Shown here: positions 56,592-64,000 of the stretch, piece after piece
How positions within the stretch are numbered: the stretch's first letter is position 1
Layout: every line of letters starts with the position of its first letter
Source of the DNA: the human T2T-CHM13v2.0 reference genome, Homo sapiens
Strand: one strand, 5' to 3'
Length of the DNA stretch: 64,000 bases
Assembly: GCF_009914755.1 (NCBI RefSeq)
Contig: NC_060927.1
Program-made: the position numbers and the translations under genes
The notes under the pieces: model-generated
The model's database searches: none
What the model was told of the DNA's origin: nothing
What the model saw: only the letters and a program-made list of their open reading frames with translations

Positions 56592-56704
56592 AATGGCAAG
56601 TGGTAACCTACAGCATATGCATTCAGGATAGGGCTATGAGTTTCAGATAATGGCAAGTGTTAGTGCACACCATATGTATTCAGGAGAGGGCTATGAGTTT
56701 CAGA
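56592..56704. repeat. Two-copy tandem duplication, period 57
   Basis: Units 56592-56647 and 56649-56704, 48/56 identical. Confidence 0.9.
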
Positions 56705-59700
56705 GGAAAAGTGAATTCTTCGCAGCTGTCCACAGAATTTTTGTCTGAATGTGTATTTTTCTCGGCAAAGTGTACATAATCCTCTAGAGTTGATATATGA
56801 ATAGCAATCACAAATACAACCATAATTAACGTTACTAAAGCATTTAGCAGGTTGTACTCAGTATTCTAATTATTGTATATGTACTAACGCATTTAACACA
56901 TGAGTATCACAGGAGGTGGGTATAATCATCCCCAAATTGAGGTGAAGATCTGGGAGAATCAGGGGTTACAGCTTTATCTACTGTCAAATATCCTTCCAAG
57001 CCAGCAAACCTAGAGAAGCCCTACAATGAGTGATGGCTTAGTCTCTTTGTGTTCATTACCACAACCAACTCTGCCATATACTTGTGAGACAGATATTACC
57101 TACCCCCCTTTCGCAGATGAGAAAACCAAGACTCAGAGGTAGAAACAAATTGTGCCAAATTAGGCAGCCTGTTTGCTGTCAGTCTAAAAAATTCAGCTCT
57201 TTTTATTCAACATGATCCTGAGTCCCCTTAATGACATAAAAATATTGCAAGACTGCTCAATAAAAAGTTATTAATTTAATATATATTCTTCACGGCCTAC
57301 TATGTGCCCTGTGCTTGTAGGCAGTAGCTAAGCCAGCAAGAAAGATTTTAAAATTAGACAAAAAGGTTCTATATATCTAAAACTGCAAACCACGATAATA
57401 GTTATGAAGGGGAGGAAAATGCTAGGTCCTATGTGAGTAGCAGGACAGGACCTATATTACACCAGGTGGTGAGGGAGGGCCTCTCATAGGCAGAGACATT
57501 TAAGCTAGAGTCTGAAGGGCAGTTGGGAAGAGGGCAGGTAGATCAAGATTAAGAGAGGGAGAAAAGTATCTTAAGACAACAGAATACCATGTATACAGGT
57601 GGAGGAACAGAAAAGAATGTGGTGCATTTGAGAAACTGAACAGAATCTGGAGTATCAGGTCCCTGGGGCCTGAGAAGTAGAGTGATGGAAACAAGATGGG
57701 CCCCCTCGCAAATCATGCAGAGTCTCACAGAGCAAACGCCATGACAAAGAGTTTGAGAAGCCTTTGGTTTTGAGACACCTACACAGACTACAGTAAGGTC
57801 AGGAAGGAAATTAACATTTATTGAGCATCTACAATGAATTTACAATAAGCTTATAAATGTATTTTTAACCTTCATTTTATAGATAAACTGAGTCTCAGAA
57901 AATTTAGGGTTTCCTAGCTATTAAGCAGTTACAGTTCAAACCAACACTGTTTCACCACAGCACATGCAGGGCAGTTAGGAATAGCTGGATAATGATAAAG
58001 GAGCCACTGACATTCACCAGGGATCGACAACATCTTGCTTTTAAGAGCTCTATCAGTATATATTTTAGGTTTTTTGAGCCCGTCTCTGTCACAACTACTT
58101 ACCTTTGTTGCAGCATGAAAGCAATCATAGACAAACAATATATAAGTAAATAAGCATGGTGTATTCCAATAAAACTTTATTTACAACAACAAGCGGTGAG
58201 CCAGATTTGGCCCACAGGTCATAGTTTGCTAACCTGACACAGATGTGATTTGGTTCATTTCCCCTCAAATTCATGGCAAGTATACCATCACCCCTCCTTC
58301 TTCATGTCACTTGATATATCTTTGATAACACTTTTCAGACATTACGTTGTCTTTCTTTGTTGTGTTATTTTCTTGCCATCACTGATAACACAAAGGTACC
58401 CAGGCAGTAGTGGTGGCCAATTACATAAAGGAGTCCAACTTTAATAACATTCCTTTAAAACAAAACCTGTTACCTTTAACAAGTTCATAGAAGGAAAGTC
58501 TCTGTTTTGTTCTTTTTTCCTCCCTGACATTGGTTGGAAGTGAAAAAATAGAAAACTTTCACAGTAAGCCAGCTACTTTGCAAAGGTTATTGCAAATAGT
58601 TAAGTACTGCATTGTATTTAAAAACACTGTAGCATATACGTGAAGCACAGTAAGTGCAACTATTAGGTTTTGTCTGTGCCTATTCCAATCACGAATGCTA
58701 ATTTAGTCCCACTGTAGCAGGCATGAGGTTGATAAAAATCAAGCAAGCATGTTTATATTAGCCAAGATAAGGACTTTTTTAAAAAAATCACAGGTTATTT
58801 TAATTCTGAATGTTGTTGCTCTTGTTTAAGCATCTGTTTTTGTGAAACTGTTTTTCTTTTTTGTTGTTTTTATTTTCCTGATGAATTCTAATCATGTCTT
58901 CTAATCCACTGGCAGCCAACGAAGGAAAATAAATGGTGAAGGAAATGAGATGCAGCTTGGATAATTGATGTTTGTACGCCTGGATTTAATAAAAAATACT
59001 CTGCTAAATTAGAGGGGAGTCTAAATAGATTCAGTCAATAAGGAAGTGATTCAGGTGAGGAATTCAATCTTGGGCTTTGTTGTAATAATACAAATAAACC
59101 AACAGATTGGTTCGATTGGGACCAGATTTGCCTTCTGCTGAAATTATGGCAAGCTGCTCAGGCTCACTTTTCTACCTTTGGTATATTCTTGGAGTTTGAA
59201 ATTATTTTCTTTTGTGTGACTTCAAATGCCAGGATCCTTGGAATAAAGCAACTCATGTACCTCCAAAATAGCTAAAACTGACATGTGAAAAACAGCATTC
59301 CTCGAAAGATACCCTCCCACTCTGCCCTTTTAATTTCTTCCAAGGAAAAAAGAAATAATTTTAGTGAGTCCACGATCCTGCCTGAAAATCTCAGAATCAA
59401 AAGGAAATGTCTTATACAACACCCTTAATACAAAACAAGATTTGGGCATTTTAAATTCATCAATTGAGATGAACCAACCATTTTATTCCAACTTCTCTGA
59501 ACTGATAGCATGGAAACGACATCTTATGGAGAGATCCTCTGGGGACAGTAACTTGATGGAGAGTCAAGTTTCCATTCAGGTTGACCTCTGAAAGCAGTCA
59601 GGCGAACCTAGGGAAATGGGTCTAATTAGACTCTAATCTGTCCTTATTCTGTCTATTCTTTTCTTCCTAAATTCTTCACTTTACTTATATTCTATAATTT

Positions 59701-62700
59701 ACTCCTTGGTAGAATAAGCAAAACTGTATGGAGGATTAAGGTTTATTGAGTGTTAATTTTCCTAGGTGCTAAAATTATGTATTATAACTTTCCCTGGTAA
59801 ATAAACTCAATGAGCTTAAACATCACACAGCAGTAGGCAATGGTGTCAAGATTTAAATTAAGGCGGTCTTACTGTAAAGTCCATGTTCGTTCCACTCCCT
59901 CTGGCAGTCTCTCTATAATCAGAGACTCCCAAGATGAGTCAGGAGTTCCAGCTCCATATTGGTCCTATTTCCAAGCTTCAAGAACGTGCTTCTGAGTCCT
60001 GTATTCTGGTGCCCAAGTATTTCTTGCTTTCAAATTTTGCTGCTGAATTAAAATCAATCAGAGGTAAGATATCTTTTATAGGTTTGTGGACCAATGGGTT
60101 TTAGTTCTTTACAATACAGATATTTCCTGTTTACTGATAAAAGAGTTGTCCAGAGCTCATGGTTTTGGCATTTCCTAGTTAGATGGGGCTGGGGAGGGGT
60201 CATGAAGGTACAAGAGTGGGGCCTGGCCTTCAAACACTAAACTCTGTCCTGAGCTGAAACAGATGTTCCTAACAAGAACTCTCTCTGCAGACTGATAGCT
60301 CCTCCTCTCCATGTCTGAAACACTGAAATGTATACCATTGCCACTATTATTCTTTGAAATTATGGCCATAAAAATTCTAATGGTGAGACATCATCATCAA
60401 TACAGATTTTAGATATCAGGCAGTGGAATGGCCACTGGTAGGCATGGTAACTCTGTAAGTGGCTGCTTGAAGAATGATGATGGGGGCACATTCTAGTTAG
60501 TTCCATGGCAGAGATCTTTGAACTGTTAACAATGTCTGCCATGGAAGTGGAGGAAAGAGTCAATGCAAGTGTATAATACATTTGTTTCCCTAACTTTGGA
60601 GTTACATGACACATATTTACACATAATTACACATAATTACAACTAAAGGTTTAGTCTGTCAACATTGCCCCTCCTTTAATAACTTTTACAAAGAAAATAT
60701 CAGGCAGTAAAGAAATCCAGTTCACATCCTGCATAACCACCAAGAATATATTAATTATGTATGATTAGGTATATGTAAAGCAAAAAATTTAAATATAGAC
60801 TTCCAGCTCTAAATAGAATGAAGACATCTTCCATTAGGAATACTGGTATAGCTTAACAGGTTAAAAACTAATGTGAATACTGCACCATATAAATTATAAA
60901 GCCATACTTCCTCCCAAAACAAGGATCTGTTTCCTTAAATCAAAGTTCTCCAAAGTATATTGTACGAAGTATTAGACCTAAGTAATGCTCCTTGAAAAAA
61001 TCTTCTGGTCAAATAATTTGGATTCTACCTTAATGTGAACTTTAGCAGACCATCTGTGTTCTAAATTATAACACCTTAATTTAGTTATTTTCTGCAAAAG
61101 AGTCAATGGGTTGGAAATTTGATCTGCAGAGAGCTGTCAGAAAAGGTGTTCAGGAGCTGGTATGTTTGTGGTTAGGTGGCACAGAGATCTATGGTCCTTC
61201 TTTACAAAGATGCTAATCATTTCATTATTTAGGTCAAAGTTATAGTATCTACAAAAGTAGAAGGCTTTCACAAGCAAGAACAGCAACTACAAAGGCCCTG
61301 GCCAGGCCAAGGGTGGCATATAAATGCTTCTGTAGTTGTCAGCAGACAGAGTAGTAGTGGTTAAGTCAGGTATTAACAGGATTTTCAGGAGAAGAAAAAT
61401 CTGAAGATGGAAATATTGAATGGCATTATAAATAGGAAAAGGAGACAAGGAGTTAAAAGGACTGAAGGGCACAGAGATTTGGGGGAATAGCACAAGCACA
61501 GTTTCTATTTTTTTACAGCCATAGTTCCCGTATCCTTTTGAACTGAGAATCAGAACCACTGCCATGATTACAAAAACCATTTGGACATTTAGAATGGCAA
61601 ATGCAACGTTCTTTTTTGAGTGCTGTGTGTTTAAAATAAATCATGCAAAAACTACCATAATGTATAATTTGGCCACAGAGATATTCAAAGCTAAAAAAAA
61701 ATAGAGCAAAGAGATTTTGGTCATACTATTTCATAAAGGGGCATCAAAAGGCTTAAAAAAAGAGTCATATAATTCTCTCTTAACAAATCAGCTATTAGAA
61801 TTGACTCTTCAGAAATATTTGGTTACAAAACTGTCTTTCCAGCTTAACAGATAATTGCTTTCAAAGCAGGATACTCATTGCTTATAATGCAGTATCTATA
61901 TTTTATTTGCAATGGGAGCTACATTGGTGCAGATTGAGAATATTTATTGGCACATTCTTTCTGAGCCATATTTTGTTCAATCATCTCAGACTTATGTCAT
62001 CTTGATGCATGTAAATACGTATACTCCATCATCATTTGTTGGAGAGTTAATATAGAGAACACCCATAAAATTGGCAACTTGGTGAAGGATCCATTTATTA
62101 ATCTATAAACAGGATGTCTACCCATCTATTGTTGCAACATATCAGTCTCCACAGGGTTACTGTCCCTACAAGCAAGAGGAAAAAATATATTTCTATGAGT
62201 GGTTTCTTCTCCTTTATTTGTGATTAACATCAATTAGAAAAAAAAATAGCTAAGCAGAGAGAGCCAAAACTTAAGACCACACAGATTCACACTTCACACC
62301 ACAGAGAAATGAAGACAAATTTAGTTAATGGCAAAACCCACTGTTTCTGTAAATAACAAATCTAATGTAAAACGATGGTGGAATATAATGATCCTGTGAG
62401 GTTTTAGGCATCTGTTCAAATAAACCTATTTGATCATTTAGTTTTCTGGAAAAATAAGGGGTTGACAAAGATTCATATCAAAACCCTAGTGGATAAATAT
62501 CTGGCTGGAAAGAGTAAAAACATAAGATTCCAGCTATGATTTCAGTGATCTATAAGCTATTTCTTATAGACTAAAATTTATATTAAAATTATTTTAAGTA
62601 AAAGCATTTTTAAAACACATACATGTTTTATTCATTACAAATCTCACTAGTATATTTGTGAAAGGCAATTTACTGCCAAATTTCTTTACAAAAACAAGTT

Positions 62701-63453
62701 TCCATTTCATTTCCCCAAATCCCCACCTTTTGTTCATTCCAGTAAAATGACTCTAATGCCAAACCTGACACTCAGAATCTTAAATTCTGAAATTTCAGAA
62801 TTTTCAGTCACTGCTGAAAAAATTCATTAGCATCTCAAACTTAAATTCAGGTAAATTAAGAGGAAAACCAAATAAACAATAATGCAAGAAAGTTACACAT
62901 TCAAACATGTGTTATAAAAATCAACACCCCATTTGAATTAGGGCTCCTCTGAAATCCCTGGGCAGGGCTGGTGCCTGGTAATATTTAATATCAGGAGGAA
63001 TGGAATCTTGTAGAATTCATTCTACACTGACCAGCAGTATTAAGTGTCACTGTCACCAAAAAAACATTCTCAGCTGTAGACAATATTCTAAAATTACTAA
63101 TATCACTGTCTGACCTTGCTGTTATCTGTTGTGTGGAACAGAGATCTATTTATTTAGCTGTTCAGCAAATGTCAGTATACCATGACTGGAGAAAATTAGA
63201 AACTACATTGGCAGAGCACTCCCTACAGCCTGCTAAGTAAGGAATTGAACAAAATGCTTTCTACCTCAAAGTGTCTAAATCATTGATTGGCCACACCTTC
63301 TCTCATCCATGGTTAACCTTTCATGGACCTAGTAGAGTTCTCCAGCTATTAGACTCCTTTTGCAAAAGGATTCCAGAATATCATATTCTCTGAGGCACAT
63401 GTTAAACAGACTATGAAAACATCGTGATTTGGGACCTAGCTGTGCTGCAGAAT

Positions 63454-63800
63454 TGTCAGGGGCCTCTCCAGATCCTCTCCACTCTTTTGCAACCTCCTCT
63501 TGGCCCTGGGAGGCTGACTAGAGAGAACGGATTAATGGGTTCCTTTTGGATCTGATGTCTGGGGAGCCCTGGCAGGAGGAGAGGGAATTGGGGGCATTTA
63601 TTCCCCCGTCCCTCCCAGCACGATTGTCTTGGGTGGCTGTTTCCTCCACAGAAGGTATCAGAGCATCTCAAAAAAGTCTTCATTACAGGATATTCTCTTC
63701 TGGTCAAGTAGTCACCTCCTTCTCTCTCTCTCAGCATTGGGACAGAAGCGATCCCACGCTGCCAGCCCCAGGTTCCTTTAACCCCACATATATTGTCACT
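63454..63800. mobile_element. Probable old ERVL-type LTR (family uncertain)
   Basis: GC-richer block starting TGT with LTR-like composition amid AT-rich intron. Recognition is weak. Confidence 0.35.
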
Positions 63801-64000
63801 ATCAATATTTTTAAAAATAAACTTTCCTCCATATACTGTGAGATGAGTGTGCCATTGTTTCCTTTTAAGACTAACTGATAATGTGCCATTTTGACCAACC
63901 CAGCTTGCTCTTGGGAAAATCCATTCAACCTTCTAGAACTGGAAGGTTAACATTTTGTTCAGTTACCCCCTCTCCACAAGATAACCACGGTCATGGGTTA

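Overview
Human (or very close great-ape) genomic DNA, AT-rich and repeat-dense. It contains the 3' end of SUCLG2 (GDP-forming succinyl-CoA ligase beta subunit) on the minus strand: a 121-nt internal coding exon (51718-51838), the canonical terminal exon (CDS 26733-26848, about 1 kb 3'UTR, AATAAA at 25729-25734) and an in-frame alternative terminal exon about 15 kb further downstream (11621-11760). The last intron holds a full-length but dead L1PA3-type element (44015-~50173), antisense to the gene and nested in a Charlie1 DNA transposon relic. The rest is intron/intergenic DNA with Alu, MIR, L2, old L1M, MaLR LTR and MER elements. The most interesting unexplained structures cluster around the 3'-end choice region: a candidate 103-nt poison exon 83 nt upstream of the terminal exon, a 99/101 inverted repeat just past the proximal poly(A) site, a diverged copy of a 3'UTR segment inside its loop, and a ~190-bp inverted duplication bracketing the alternative last exon. 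Repeat family names and most repeat boundaries are by-eye recognition and approximate. Splice sites, TSDs and inverted-repeat arms were read base by base. No prokaryotic-type systems (CRISPR, operons) are present.
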